A DNA stretch of 64,000 nt from Callorhinchus milii (Eukaryota). Below, piece by piece: positions 47,270 through 60,974 of the stretch (position 1 is the stretch's first letter; each line of letters opens with the position of its first letter). Below the pieces are notes generated by a model. It was given only the letters and a program-made list of their open reading frames with translations, searched no databases and was not told the origin of the DNA. The DNA is taken from contig NW_024704749.1 in assembly GCF_018977255.1 (NCBI RefSeq), forward strand, positions 8,308,001 to 8,372,000, given 5' to 3'. Made by a program: the position numbers and the translations under genes.

Positions 47270-48030
47270 AGGGTACAACATGTTCTGTCCATCTCTTGTG
47301 GCGTTCTTCAGGGCTCTGTCCTTGGTCCCCTCCTCTTCAATATCTATACGCTCCCTCTTGGTGACATCATCCGCAGACATGGGGTCAACCTCCACATGTA
47401 AGCGGATGACACCCAACTCTACCTCTCTGCCTCCACCCTTATTGCTAAAACCACAAGCTGGCGAAACCCTCATACACGCTTTCATTACATCAAGGCTTGT
47501 CGGCCTGCCCAGTTCCTCCTTCCATAGGCTGCAGATCATCCAGAACTCTGCAGCCAGTGTCCACTCCTACACTAGGCTCCACGACTTTATCACTCCCATC
47601 CTTGCCCAACTCCACTGGCTTCCCATCCCACAGAGGATACATTCAAGATCCTGGTCCTCACCTTCAAAGCCCTCCATGGTCTTGCTCCCCTCTAACTCTG
47701 CGACCTCCGAAGCCCCTACCATCCTGCTCGCTCCCCCTCCTTAGCAGACTCCAGCCTGCTTCACGTCCCCCTCCTTGCTCTCCCCACTATTGGCAGGCAG
47801 GCCTTCTGCCACTCTGCCCTACCCTCTGGAAGTCCATCCCGCAGTCCCTCCGCCTCGCCCCCTCTCTTCCCACCTTCAAGACCCTTCTCTTTGACCGTGC
47901 TTTAGATCTCCTGCTTCCCCCCTCCATCCTCCCCGACGCCCAGCTCGGATCCGAAACTCTGTCTGTCCAGCGCCTTGGGATGTCCTCCCAACGTGAAAGG
48001 CACTATACAAATGTACGTTTGTTGTTGTAG
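47270..48030 (+). mobile_element. L2-clade LINE 3' fragment (decayed reverse transcriptase plus 3' end)
   Basis: [42 protein letters not shown] (stop at the Y of YADD), then LIHAFITSRL...LQIIQNSAA...ITPILAQLHWLPI; ends cgtgaaaggcactatacaaatg (TTG)n. Confidence 0.9.
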
Positions 48031-49189
48031 TAAGTGACCTGCATATAACTGGTTAGCGTGTTGGCTTGTATCAGTATCTCAGGGGGAAATTTCCAGTGAT
48101 ATATGGCCACCCTTCCACGTCATTGCTGACTTGTTACATGATTTCCAAATTGTTCTAGTACAAGAGGGCTTAAATTTAAAGAGATTAAAAAATAAACCTG
48201 TATACAGAGGACTGGAATTTTCTGCCACAAATCATGGATGAGGCAGTCCATCAATCATTTTAAAATAGAGTGAAATAGATTGCTGAAGAGGAGGATGTGG
48301 GAGGAGAGTATGCAAGAGAGTATTACTAAACTAGGTGGCTCGTGTTGAGAAAAACATTAGCATTTGGGTTACGTGGCCGGTTTCTGGGCTGCAACATTCA
48401 GTGACTCATAACAACTTTACCCAGGCATAGCTGAGCCAAATTCTACAGCCCCGAGTTAGAGCCTGATCATAATCACAAGCTTCCAACGTGACTAGTTTAC
48501 AGGAAATATTAAATTCTTCCTGTTGGCAATGGCATGACAAAGGTCAAATTATTTAATTGCTCTGACTTTCTTTCACCAGGACATCTAGATTAAAGGGTTG
48601 AAGGGTTTAAAGCTCGGATTTCATATGCCCTATAAGAAACTGCCAACTCACCCTGAACATCGGACAGTATCTTGGCCTACTGATTAACACTTTTTTTACC
48701 TAGGCAGGACTTGAACCAAACTGCCCAGCCGTGAAATAGTCTGGTCACAAACACAGTATATTCCAGTATAACTAGAGTATAGACAGACCACCGAGTCCTT
48801 CTTGGTGGCATTTTTATTAAACCTGGTCTAAAGTTTTAATTCCTCTGCTTATTGTTGTTTAAGAGTTAAAAGGTTCAGATTACATCAGTATGACTCCACT
48901 GCATTTCTGACTAATAGCCCGGCAGCCAAATATTTACCTTCCAATCCAAAAAGCCGTTGCCATGGCTGCCTTTAGCTAAAAGGCTTTTGTATCCCAACAA
49001 ATGATCAATAATTGACCAGAGAACATTTTTTTGTGAGCATCAAACTGTAAATGTTCACTGGCCTACTTTAGTTTAGGTAATTCTTTTACAGTAATTCCTC
49101 CATCAAAGCAGAAATCACCCCCTTATTCCCCTGATGTATATGAAACTGCAGTGATACGATAGGGGTTCCCCATATATTCCCCGGGCGTT

Positions 49190-49520
49190 TGAGAAAACTG
49201 TGTTATTCATTCCACAAAGTGTAGTGATTGTGTATTTAATGACAGCATTAACCCACAAACAGCCATGAAATGATTGACCAATTTCACCTGGGGGATTGTT
49301 GGCCAGAAAATGGGGAGAAACTCCCATCTCTTTTTGAATTATATTATTGGATTCTTAGCATCCACCTGAACAAGCAGACGGGACCATGGCGCTTGCATCC
49401 GAAGCACGGCACCTCCAGCCCTCCAGCTACATCGGAGTGTCAGCCTAGACTGCGAGACTCAAGGGTTGAACGTGGGGCTTGAACCCACAATCTTCTGGGC
49501 AAGAAATCTGAAAAGCAAAA
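49190..49520 (-). mobile_element. Older Deu-type SINE remnant with head
   Basis: ggggattgttggccag...gagaaactccc...gtggggcttgaacccacaatcttctg matches the 42535-42870 family. Confidence 0.6.
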
Positions 49521-51214
49521 TGCTGGCCTCGAGTATGAATGGTATGTTTTTACCCCCCACTGTGTGTCTGCGTGCCTTCTGTGCCTGTTGGTGCGAAGGA
49601 TCAGAAATGGTTGCTCCCTCCGCCCGTCAGGTGACTCAGCAGAAAGTGGAGATCGCTCATGATACATTCCGTTCGGCCCAGCTATGAACGGATAAACTAG
49701 CTGAGCAGCCATTCCTTTCACTTTTACATCAATGTTCTCAATAACAACTATTAGACAGACATAGTTCAGTCATTCTGGCACTGTAAAATCCCTGCGCCAC
49801 CTTTTCTCTGTGCTTTCAACATCTTTGAATTCTCCTTCCTCTCTTGTCTGCTCCCGATTATCTCCACAATGTATTTTGAGATATTCATAAGTGCTCTAGA
49901 TGGCAAACTGTTGTGACTTAAAAAAAATCAGACGGTCAGACTTTGTCATTAACCTTACAAACTAAATCAAAACCACAACTCTAGACGCAGCAATAAACAA
50001 ACCAGAAATCAGATGCAAAAATGATTGCACCGGAAAGCCCAGAAACAGCAGTCAGAGAAGAAGCTGTAGTTAATTCATCATCTGGGGACCAACACTAAAA
50101 TTAATAATCTGCCTCCGCCATCTGAGTTTCAACACGATTACAAAAGACAAAAGGATCAGCGGATTTAAAACTGGCTTGAGAAACCTAAAATGGTGGATTA
50201 GGTTCATATGTTTTAGCAGCAGCTTTCAATTATAATTCAGAGGCATACAATATTTTGAAGGTTAAACCACTGGAAAACAATTTTATTTCGCACACACGTG
50301 TTAAGCTGCTAAAAAGTGGTTGTGAGAATAGCCCACTGCCGGGAAGGTTCTTGCAGATTAACTAAAATGGCAGATGGGGAAAAAAATGTAGCTTTTTCCT
50401 TTTTAATGACGCTGCTCCAAGTTTTGTCACAGCAGCCCAGGGCACAACCTATCTGTGTCAGGACATGCACTGTGAACAGAAAATGGCAATTGGTTGGCTC
50501 CCCTATCCAATCCAAGTGCTGTTGCTGAGGTTTGCATTGAGAACCTTCATTAATAACAGATCTCATTGTTCCAGGGCCGGGGGGTGGGGGTGCAAAGAGA
50601 GAAACAAACAGTCAGTGGTTCTGTGTTTTTCCTGGCAACAGCTTGGGTTTAGTAACAGCAAAGAATGAGGATATTGTCAAGGGAAAACATGCCTAAACAT
50701 GACGCCTCTTATCTGCATCTGCATACCAATCAGTTCCTTATTACACTGAAATCTGGAGATCCACCCAGACCACTTGAAACTCACACGACATCGTCTTGTA
50801 AACTAGGGCAGCAGAACCCCGATGCGGGACACTTTTAGTCTCTCAATTGGGTCTGTTGCGTACTGTAATGGAATATTAATGTGTTGCGGTTTCTCCTTTC
50901 TGTGAACAGGCACTTTTTGATGCAGGGTGTAAATATGTATTCTACCTATAGATAATTATTTTGTTTAAAAAGGCAATAAAAAGCAGAGCTGCTATTCTTG
51001 CAACTTGGCTCCAAAGTGCTGCATCCTGTACACATAAACTGATTTGATGGTTACACAATCAGTCTGTTCAAATATCACATGTTTTTTTTTAAAAATTCTA
51101 GTCGGCAATGATGACATTAATTCTGGAGAAATCAGCCTCTATCTCAGATACAAGAGGGTGAAAGCAAAAGGTTCATATTGCCTTACCCAGTGTGAAGTTA
51201 CTAATTTAAGAGTT

Positions 51215-51572
51215 CTCAGTACAAGAGTTCTCCGTTCCTCTGGCTCCGGTCTGCTCCACATCCCCCGCCCCAACCGCCCTACCATCGGTGGCCGGGCCTT
51301 CAGCCTCTCAGCCCCTCGGCTCTGGAACTCCATCCCCCAGTGCCTTCGCCGCTTCCTCCCTTTCCTCCTTCAAGGCCGGTCTGAAGACCTTTCTCTTTGA
51401 CCGAGCCTTCAGCTCCCCTCTCGACTCTCTACCCCCTCCTCGCTCTCTCCCTTCCCTCACCCTGACCATTTCCCCCAATGCTCGGGTCCTGACCCAACTG
51501 TCCAGCGCCTTGTCCAGCGTCCTCCCGACGTGAAAGGCGCTCTATAAATGGAATCCTGTTGTTATTGTTGTA
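51215..51572 (+). mobile_element. L2 3' fragment
   Basis: LRSSGSGLLHIPR...TIGGRAFSLSAPRLWNSIP, then the shared 3' hairpin tail. Confidence 0.8.
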
Positions 51573-51894
51573 TTGGGTTGCTTTACAGGAAATATCCATT
51601 TTAATTCCCTCAAAGTAGACAAACTTGGTGAAGATATTTGGGGGTTCTCCTTCACCTCGGGAATGATTCTGGGATTTGGTACGAGAGCGGGGAAAGGGAT
51701 CTTAAGACTGTGGTCCAGAGATGTACCCTACAGTGGTGGGATGGACAACGTTGCCGGATTGGAAATGTTTTTACGGTAGTGTGCGCGAAGAAACAGGTTT
51801 GGGCAGGCGTTTCTTTTTTTTTAAATGTTTAATTTTTAAACCCGTGTTTCCCCCCCCACCCACCCCACCCCTTCGAAGATCATTTCTTATAACA

Positions 51895-52230
51895 ATAAAT
51901 AATCCTTGCCACTTTGCCATTTTGCCAACAGTGCCTTATCAGGGCGTCGAGACGTCTCGCAAAGCGCTTCCCGGGCTATACTGTAGAGTGGATTGACTGC
52001 GTATCTTAATAATAATAATAATAATCCTCGCATTTGATATAGCGCTTTTCACGTCGGGAGGTCGTCCCAAAGCGCTTCACAGAACACACTGCAAAGTGAA
52101 TTGACTGCATATCTGTGGGCGAACGCGGCGGCCAATTGCGCACAGCAATGTCCCGCAGACAGTCGTGGATTGAAAATGACCAATTTTTTTTATTGTTTTG
52201 GGGTTTTTGGAGGGATTATTATCTTTTCTT
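51895..52230 (-). mobile_element. Two tandem SINE fragments upstream of UBC
   Basis: Tails at about 51900 and 52008; core runs to ggagggattatt at about 52220. Confidence 0.8.
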
Positions 52231-52559
52231 GTGGGAGAAACCCAGGAGCCAATGGCGCACGGCAGCGGCTCACAAACAGCCGGGGATTGAGAGACCAAAA
52301 CATTGTGATGTTTTATTAACGTCTCATCAGATGGGAGGCAGTCTCAGATAATGCGGCCCTCCTCTCCCATCCTGGTTCCCCCCCCACCACCACCACCTCT
52401 TCCCCATACGCCCGTCTCTGTCCCCCGTCCCCCCCCCAAACTCCTCGGCACAGAGCCTGTAAACCCCGCTCAGTTGAATAATTAATTGAAATAATCCCGG
52501 GGTTGCGGGATAGAAAGTGCCTCAGGCGCTCGCTGGGCCCCGCGAGGACGTGGCTGGTG

Positions 52560-52950
52560 CACGAGCTTCACTGACTCACCGCGTCCCGCCCGCCCGCCGT
52601 CTCCGCCCTTCTAGAACATACCGCCTCATCACACCCCCCCCACCACCGGCGCGCCGCTGCGCGTCTGCGCCTTTGTGTCAACGCGCAGCAAAACAAAAAT
52701 AACAACAACAACAAAAAAACCGCTGACTTGAGGGGGGTGGGGGGAACGGGGTGAAGGAGGACGATTCGTGCCATTCTCCTCACCACCCAAGTGATTTTTT
52801 TTTTGAGGGGTGGGGTGGTTTTGTTACCCCACCCGCCGCCAAACTGCGGGTTGTAGTGCGCGCTGCAAGTAGTGCTGGGCGCGGAGTGTGAGCGCACGGG
52901 CTGTCGACGGACTATAAAAGAAGCGGCGAGCGCCGTCGCGCCCATTCGTG
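52560..52950 (+). promoter_or_regulatory. UBC promoter: TATA box, Inr, AP-1, partial heat-shock element, GC boxes
   Basis: TATAAAA 52913-52919 with Inr-like CCATTC about 30 nt downstream (A at 52944); TGACTCA 52572-52578; TTCTAGAA 52609-52616 (two nGAAn units); ZNF143-like ACTACA motif on the minus strand at 52841-52857; CpG island. Confidence 0.8.
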
Positions 52951-53030
52951 GGATTGGAGCCGAAGCGGAGTGTGAACGGTACGAGTATCGGCAACAATAT
53001 TACTACATTGCGGCAAACGTCCTCCTGAAG
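52944..53030 (+). other. UBC: Non-coding exon 1 of UBC; intron 53031-54104
   Basis: Donor AAG|GTACGG at 53031 (alternative CG|GTACGA near 52979). Acceptor cctttcag| at 54104, 9 nt before the ATG. This is the usual vertebrate polyubiquitin layout with one 5'UTR intron. Confidence 0.7.
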
Positions 53031-54089
53031 GTACGGTCGCGGTGATACCCGAAAGCGCTTTAAGAGAAAGGAAAACGCGCCCTTTAATCATTATCTGCCA
53101 TCGGGGAGGCGGGCGAGCGGCTTTTTTTTCCTCTCTCGGGGGGGGGCGGCAAAAAAAGAAAACTGAGGTAAAAAAAACTGACGTTGGTCGGGCCTCAGAA
53201 GCGAATTTACAATGCCGCCAGTTTTCTGTTTACTGCGGACGGTGGGCGTAGAGCTTACTTTTAATACTTTTTTTGAAAAAACTTTTAGTTCCTTATGCCG
53301 TAAGAGAGCGTCAAAAATAAATAAGCGAGAGTGACCGTAACCGGGTTTGACGGACGGCCGCGGCTTTTTTTTCCCCCTAAGAGCGTGAATAAATACGCGT
53401 TTTGTTGTATGTAAAACCGATCAAGGAGTCGAGTGGGTAACGCGGAGCGGCGGTTGGCAGTCGGTGTAAGACCCGATTTTAAACCGGGAATCGGGAGAGG
53501 ACTCAAAATGGCGGCGGTGGCGCAGCTGCTTCGGGGCGGACGAGCGGGCGGAAGCTGCCGTGACCCCTGACCCTGGGCGGCGGTGTCGTCAGGGGGGGGG
53601 GCGTCACGTGAGCTTACACGCCCCCGCCACGTGACGAGGGCGAGTGAGCGCATAGAGGCCGCCGCTTTGTTGACCCGCCGCGCATGTTGGCCGCTTCCTG
53701 TTTGCGGCGGCGGGGGAGCCCGGCTCAACGCGCTTTCATCTCTAGGTAGAGTCGGTGAGTCGCCGTTTTTTTATTAAGAAAGACAGCATCTTCGCTACAT
53801 ACAGTCGCGTTCATAAGGTGGGGCAGAGGGCGTCAAGCAGGAAGTCTAGGTTTAAAGGCTTGCTCTGGATCAGCTTTAATCCTGCACCAAACAGGTTACT
53901 TATTACCAGGGTTGTTGGGTTGAGCCCCTAAACCTTACTCTCGTTTTTTTTTTCCATGATGGCTCATGTTTTGGTGACCGGAACACTCCAAGCCATTGTT
54001 ATTCATGAGTCCTTGTGGAATGCTCTTTGAGGTGTTTTCTCATTGTGTGTGTGTGTGGTTGTATTACTACAAACAGCATTTTTTCTTAA

Positions 54090-55490
<1,401 letters not shown>

Positions 55491-55554
55491 ACTGGCTATT
55501 GTGGCACTTTACACCATGTGATGGGCTGTGTTCTGCACTCTTAAGCAAAAATTC

Positions 55555-55589
55555 ATTAAAGTGTGTTCCCTTTTGTCATTCAAAATAAA
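55555..55589 (+). terminator. UBC polyadenylation signals
   Basis: ATTAAA 55555-55560 and AATAAA 55584-55589, followed by a GT-rich tract. Confidence 0.75.
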
Positions 55590-55679
55590 ATTGTTTGTTG
55601 CAAGCTTATTAAATATTGTCTGTTTGGTCTTTATGGTGGGGGATTGCAATTTGAGATGATTCTGAGTTGATGCAGGAGG

Positions 55680-55910
55680 TTAATAATAATCCTTGCATTT
55701 GATACAGTGCCTTATCATGTCTTTGATGTCTTAAAAGCACTTCACAGAATGTACTGTAAAGTAAATTGACTATATATTGTGGATAAAATGTGCCAGCCAA
55801 TTGTGCATGGCAATGTTCCCCAAACTGTCTCCCAAATTATTATTTACTATTCTGGGAGGGATTATTACTGCTGGAAAGTGATCTAATCGACTAACTGGGT
55901 TCCTACTGCA
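55680..55910 (-). mobile_element. SINE fragment downstream of UBC
   Basis: Family tail and core. Confidence 0.75.
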
Positions 55911-56189
55911 TAATTCCACTAAAATAAATGAGTGCCAGTCAACTAGTACTGAGATTTCACAATACTATGGTATAGATTGATGAGAGTTGCTGGAAGAGTC
56001 TCCTTTATTGTAAATGGTGATGCAGTATTGGTGGAGGGAGTATTCCTCAATATTGGAAATGCAGTTTCTATTCCAACTCTTGACCACAATAATCTGGTAA
56101 AATATAAATCAGCATTAACATGAGCCCCTTTCACAACAATAAAATTACAGTTGTATAACACTTCTCATGTCAGGAGCCTATCTCAAGGA

Positions 56190-56930
56190 TCAGTGATTTG
56201 GACCTAAGATGGGGAAGGGGGTGATCAAAGGCATCGTGGAAGAGGGGAGTCTAAGGAGGGAAGGGGTGAGGCAGAGGGAGTCCATGATGGGAGTTCCAAA
56301 GGATAGGGGCAGAGTGGCTGAAGGCCTGTCTGCCAGTGGTGGGGCAAGGTGGAGGACATGAAACAGGCTGGACCCTGCTGAGTGGAGGGAGCGGCCAGGT
56401 TGGTAGGGGTTGTATGAGGTTGCACGGGTACCAGGGCTGAAGGCCATGGATGGAAGACTTTGAAGGTGAGGACCAGGATTTTGAATTATGTATCCTCTGT
56501 GATGGGAAAGCAGTGCAGTCGGGCAGAGTTCTGGATGATCTGCAGCCTATGAAGGGAAGAGTTGAGGCTGACAAGGAGGGAGTGTGTGTAGCCGAGCCTG
56601 GATGTTATGAATGCCATGTATGAGGGTTTTGGCGGCCTGTAGTGTGAGACAGTGGCGAAGCCGGGCAATGTTGCGGAGGTGGGGGAAGGCAGAGCGGGTC
56701 ATGGCACAGATATGGGGTAGAAAGGATAATTGAGGGTCAAACAAGACACCAAGGTTTCAAAATGGCTCAGTGAGGTGGAATGTGCATCCTTGGATGGTGA
56801 TGCTGCGTGGAGGTGCTGACAGGAGACAATCAGGAGAGCCTCGGTCTTCTTCACGTTCAACTGAAGCAAGTTAGCTCTCATCCCGGACTTGATGTCTGAC
56901 AGATATTCTGTCAGGACAGCAGTGGATACT
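56190..56930 (-). mobile_element. L2-clade LINE ORF2 fragment, frameshifted
   Basis: MRANLLQLNVKKTEALLI; FDPQLSFLPHICAMTRSAFPHLRNIARLR; AFITSRLGY...LQIIQNSAR. Confidence 0.88.
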
Positions 56931-59727
56931 AAATCTGAATGGTGGGCATTGGGTTTTCCTGGCTTGTGTCCAAAATGGGTGTCATGTTTGTGAATCCAGT
57001 CTTAAATTCACAAATGATTCAATGTAAGAGTTGCTCTGGAACAGATTGAGCCAGGTATGCTCTGCAGGCCTGTGAATGGTAACCTTGTGGCTCCAGCCAG
57101 TGGAGGCTGAAGCAACTTCAATGGTGTTTATTGGGTCAGCTGGGTGTCTTGACACGTGTGGAAACCCATCACAATGCTTAAGAGAATCCAAACCAAATAG
57201 TTTCATGCATCCCACCTATACATCGAATGGAATGACTTCTCCCTGGAGGGACGCATCCTGCTTACCTAATTTCATATGAGAAAGTGCAGGTGGGCGAGAG
57301 ATGAGCCTTGGGGTCCCTGTAGTGTTCTTTGGAGTAACTGCTGGAGTCTAACCAGTTAAAACCACATAGCTTGCCATTGAAGTAAGCTTTCCTGCTGCTT
57401 GTCCAGCTAGGATGACCCTACCCTTTTGAAGGAAGTGTCCCTAGTCCCATTGACTGGTCTGGTCTTCCAAGTCCTGCTGATGATCCAGGCTGGCTAGGCT
57501 GTCATCAGCGGTGCCCTGGAGTATTGTGTACCCACCTTGCTCAGGAATTGGACTGCCAAGACAGCCACAGAGGGTGGACTCTATTCTGATTTAGCATTTA
57601 TACACTTAAAGCAAAGCATTTCAGATCCATAATCAGAACCCATTCTTTTCAGAGATCTGCTAATCTGTGCTGCAAACGCAACTGCTCCCTTTTATTTAAG
57701 GTTGACTTGAATATTGGAATATTCTTTAAATTGGATTATTAGAGCCCAAAGAGGCAGTACTATGAGTACAATGGCAGACAAAGAGTTAACTGCAGAATAA
57801 GAGCGGAGTCGGCAGTAAGTGGAACAACAACAAATTACGTTTGTATAGCGTCTTTCACATCGGGAGGACGACCCAAAGCGCTGATACCAAAGTGCGTGAG
57901 TTGGAAACGGCGAAGCAACAGATGATTGAAAGAGGAGTACCATCATGAGGCAGAAGAGAGGTATTGTCAGCTGTGGACTTAATTGCAGATCATAAGTGGG
58001 CAGATTTGTAAGAGCATTTAAGCAGCCAGACATAATTGGGACACTCGGTCAAGCTGGTACCTCACAACCAAAGCAGGCGAAATCCTCATCCACTCCTTCG
58101 TCATTTCGCACCTCCCTACCTATTCAATTTGTTTCACCCCGACTCGAACCACCCACTGCCTCCGCTCGGCTGGCTCCAGCCTCCTGTTTGTCCCTCATCC
58201 CTTCCACTCTACCATCAGTAGCTGTGCCCTTCAGCTACTACGCTCCAAAACTCTGGAACTCTCTCTCCCTCAATCTCTCTTTTAAATCTCACCTAAAGAC
58301 CTTTATTTTTGATCGTGATTAAGGTCATCTCCCCCTCTCCCGGGGTCAGACTCCCATACTGTCAAGCACTCCGGGACGCTACCCTGCGTGAAAGGTGCCA
58401 TATAAATTCAAATTCTTGTACTGTCACCTGATGCAAAATTATTTGTACATGAACATTGAAGATAGTGTACAGTATACTATTGTAGAGAAAACCATTCTGT
58501 TGTGTTGTAGCATTCTGCCAGAGACTTACAAACATTGCAATAAAAGTAGTCAAAATAAGGTAACCTTATTCCCACTAAAATTACCTTGTAAAAGTATTTT
58601 TAGTCCCTGAGCACACACAGATAGTGTTTGTCACTTTAGAACAAGGACATATTGCCTACTCACCCTCACCACCCCATCTAAGTCCTGGGAAACTATACAC
58701 ACAAACTAGTATATACTGTAACTAGAAATTAGATTTACTGCCAGATGTCAGATGAATGTTTATGGCGTGAAACGCATTTGCTATTTTCATGCATTTTAAG
58801 AGGACAACTGTTTTTTTATGTAGGTGCCCTAAGGCAGTGTCATTCCCAAGAGAATAAATAGATTGTGTTACATTAGTACGTCATCTTGAATGGTAAATTT
58901 CCGATCATTTAAACAGTGCTTTGTGAAGCAATTTCCAGCTTATTGTAGGTTTAAACTAAATATGAACCTTGAAAGGTGGTCAAATTACGATTTGAGAGCA
59001 CGTGAATTTGTCTGTTCACTATTCAAAGAATGTATTTAAACTTCAGTAACTTTGCTACACATAAAAGTGGACTTTTATACTTTCTTGCTACATTCTCTCC
59101 TTTGCTACGTTCTGCATTAGAAAGGGTTGTACAACTGCATTGATGCTCTTGAAGAGGTAACCCACCCTCCCTACCCTCCATCCCTCGTAATCCCTCGGGT
59201 GCACATTTTTGATTGACCAGTGCCAAAGAGAAAGACGGGCTTCGAGACATCTGGACAACGTGAAAAGTGCTTTATCAAATGCAAAGGTTATTATTATTTA
59301 TTATTATAATACATCTGTTGGAGATTGGAGACTTTCCAAACTGAATTTAAATTCTTATTTACACTTTCTTGTCTATGTCTGAGTGTATTAATGTGCTTGC
59401 TTACACGTCCATTGCCCCCATTTACGTCCCAGTTTTCAGTTGCTGCATTCTGGAATTCCCTCCACCCTCACACCGTCTTCTCTCCCTGTCTTCAAAAATC
59501 CAACTAAACCTCTTCAACTATGCCTTTGGTCACCTTTCCACCTTGATCCACCGCTGTCTCTGAACCATTTCAATATTTTCCCCTACCTGAAAGGCACGGT
59601 AGAAATGCAAAGCAATGCCGCTGCTGCACACCGCCATAGGCAAATCTTTGTTTTGATCAACTGGGTGTCAGACACCCATGGAAGCTTCTTGCCAAGCTTA
59701 AGAGTATCCGAACTAAACTACTGAGAG

Positions 59728-59850
59728 TTAATAATAATAATCCTTAATAATCCTTGCATTTGATATAGCGCTTTTCACGTCGGGAGGACGTCCCAAAGCG
59801 CTTCACAGAACACACTGTAAAGTGAATTGACTGTATATTTGTGGGCGAAT
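59728..59850 (-). mobile_element. Young SINE 3' fragment upstream of SCARB1
   Basis: Near-identical to the 23403 tail. Confidence 0.85.
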
Positions 59851-59938
59851 ATTTGTGGGAGAGTTCCACATCCCATGTGTACAGAAATGTTTGTACGTCC
59901 GGTATGGAGGAGCCCCTACACTCTCTCTATCCCACCGC

Positions 59939-59982
<44 letters not shown>

Positions 59983-60419
59983 TACAGAGTGAGACACCCA
60001 ATTCAATTGACCTATTCTCTTCAACGCCTTGAACCGCTTTGTGACAGACTGATGGTTGCGTATCATGACAGTTGCCCGAAGCGTCCTTCGCAAGGGATGT
60101 TCAGGCGGTTGCAATTAGCCGGAACGTTTGCAATTGGGGACCGTTTCAACGGGGTGAGGCGGAGAGCGCCGTCAATCCGCCTGCTGCCTTGGGATGGTGG
60201 ATGGGTTTGGACGCAAGCAGCAATTTTGCCAATCCCGCTGACCGACCACCCCAGCGTCGGGTCTGAAATGCTGCACTCTGCCCAGCGCCTTGGGACGCCC
60301 CCCCATCGACCCGCAAGGCGCTGCTGCACAAGTCATCTTGTTGTTGTCGTCGTCGTTGTTGTGGTGGTGGTTGTGGTTGTTGTTGACTTGACCCGCCCCT
60401 TCCAGGCTGGTCGGGGCGA

Positions 60420-60600
60420 GCGCGGGGCAGCATGGGAGTTGTAGGCAGGTGGCTGCGGTGGGCTGGAGGGGTGGCGTGGGGGAGGCGGTCGAGGAGAACT
60501 ACAGGCCCCAGAGGGCGGGGCGGGGCGGGGCCGCCGGGCCAGCTGCTGGGGGGGGGGGGGGGGGCAATGTCAGGGCTGGCAATGCTGCCTCAGGTCACTC
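60420..60600 (+). promoter_or_regulatory. SCARB1 proximal promoter: two ZNF143/THAP11-type motifs and tandem GC boxes
   Basis: GCAGCATGGGAGTTGTAGG 60427-60445 (reverse); AACTACAGGCCCCAGAGGGC 60497-60516; GGGCGGGGCGGGGCGGGG about 60513-60530; AGGTCA half-site near 60592. Confidence 0.55.
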
Positions 60601-60759
60601 TGCACCCAGCCTTTGGTGGGGGGGGGTGGGGGGGTGTAGCACCACTCTGCTCTGCAATCCAAATCATCGCGTTGGGTTTGGTTTGGTCACTCTCTCTCTC
60701 TCTCACACTCTCTCTCTCTCTCCCTCTCTCTCTCCCTCTCTCCCTCCCTCTCTGCTTCA

Positions 60760-60879
60760 ATGAAGGTCCCGCGAAGCAAAGCCCCGGTGGTCCTGGGGGT
60801 GGGGGGGGCCTTGCTGGCGGCCTCCGGCATCCTTCTGGCGTGTGTCACCCCCGGTAGGATCCAGCAGCAAGTTGCGCAG
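60760..60879 (+). CDS. SCARB1: First coding exon of scavenger receptor class B member 1 (gene continues beyond the window)
   Basis: MKVPRSKAPVVLGVGGALLAASGILLACVTPGRIQQQVAQ: basic N-terminus, Gly-rich transmembrane helix, then P..I.QQV, like CD36-family exon 1 (human PSLIKQQVLK). Phase-0 donor CAG|GTGAGT at 60880. Position and orientation are as expected after UBC. Confidence 0.8.
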
Positions 60880-60974
60880 GTGAGTTGCAACGGGTTTTGG
60901 GGGGGGGTTTGGGGGTTGGGGGGCATCATCGACCCCCCCCCCATCGGAAGGGGTCTGAAAACGTTGCGCTGTGC

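Noticed and set aside
60432-60857. ORF starting MGVVGRWLRWAGG as a possible SCARB1 start
   Set aside because: It runs through G and CT simple repeats and stops before the donor. The ATG at 60760 gives the homologous transmembrane exon in phase with the donor.
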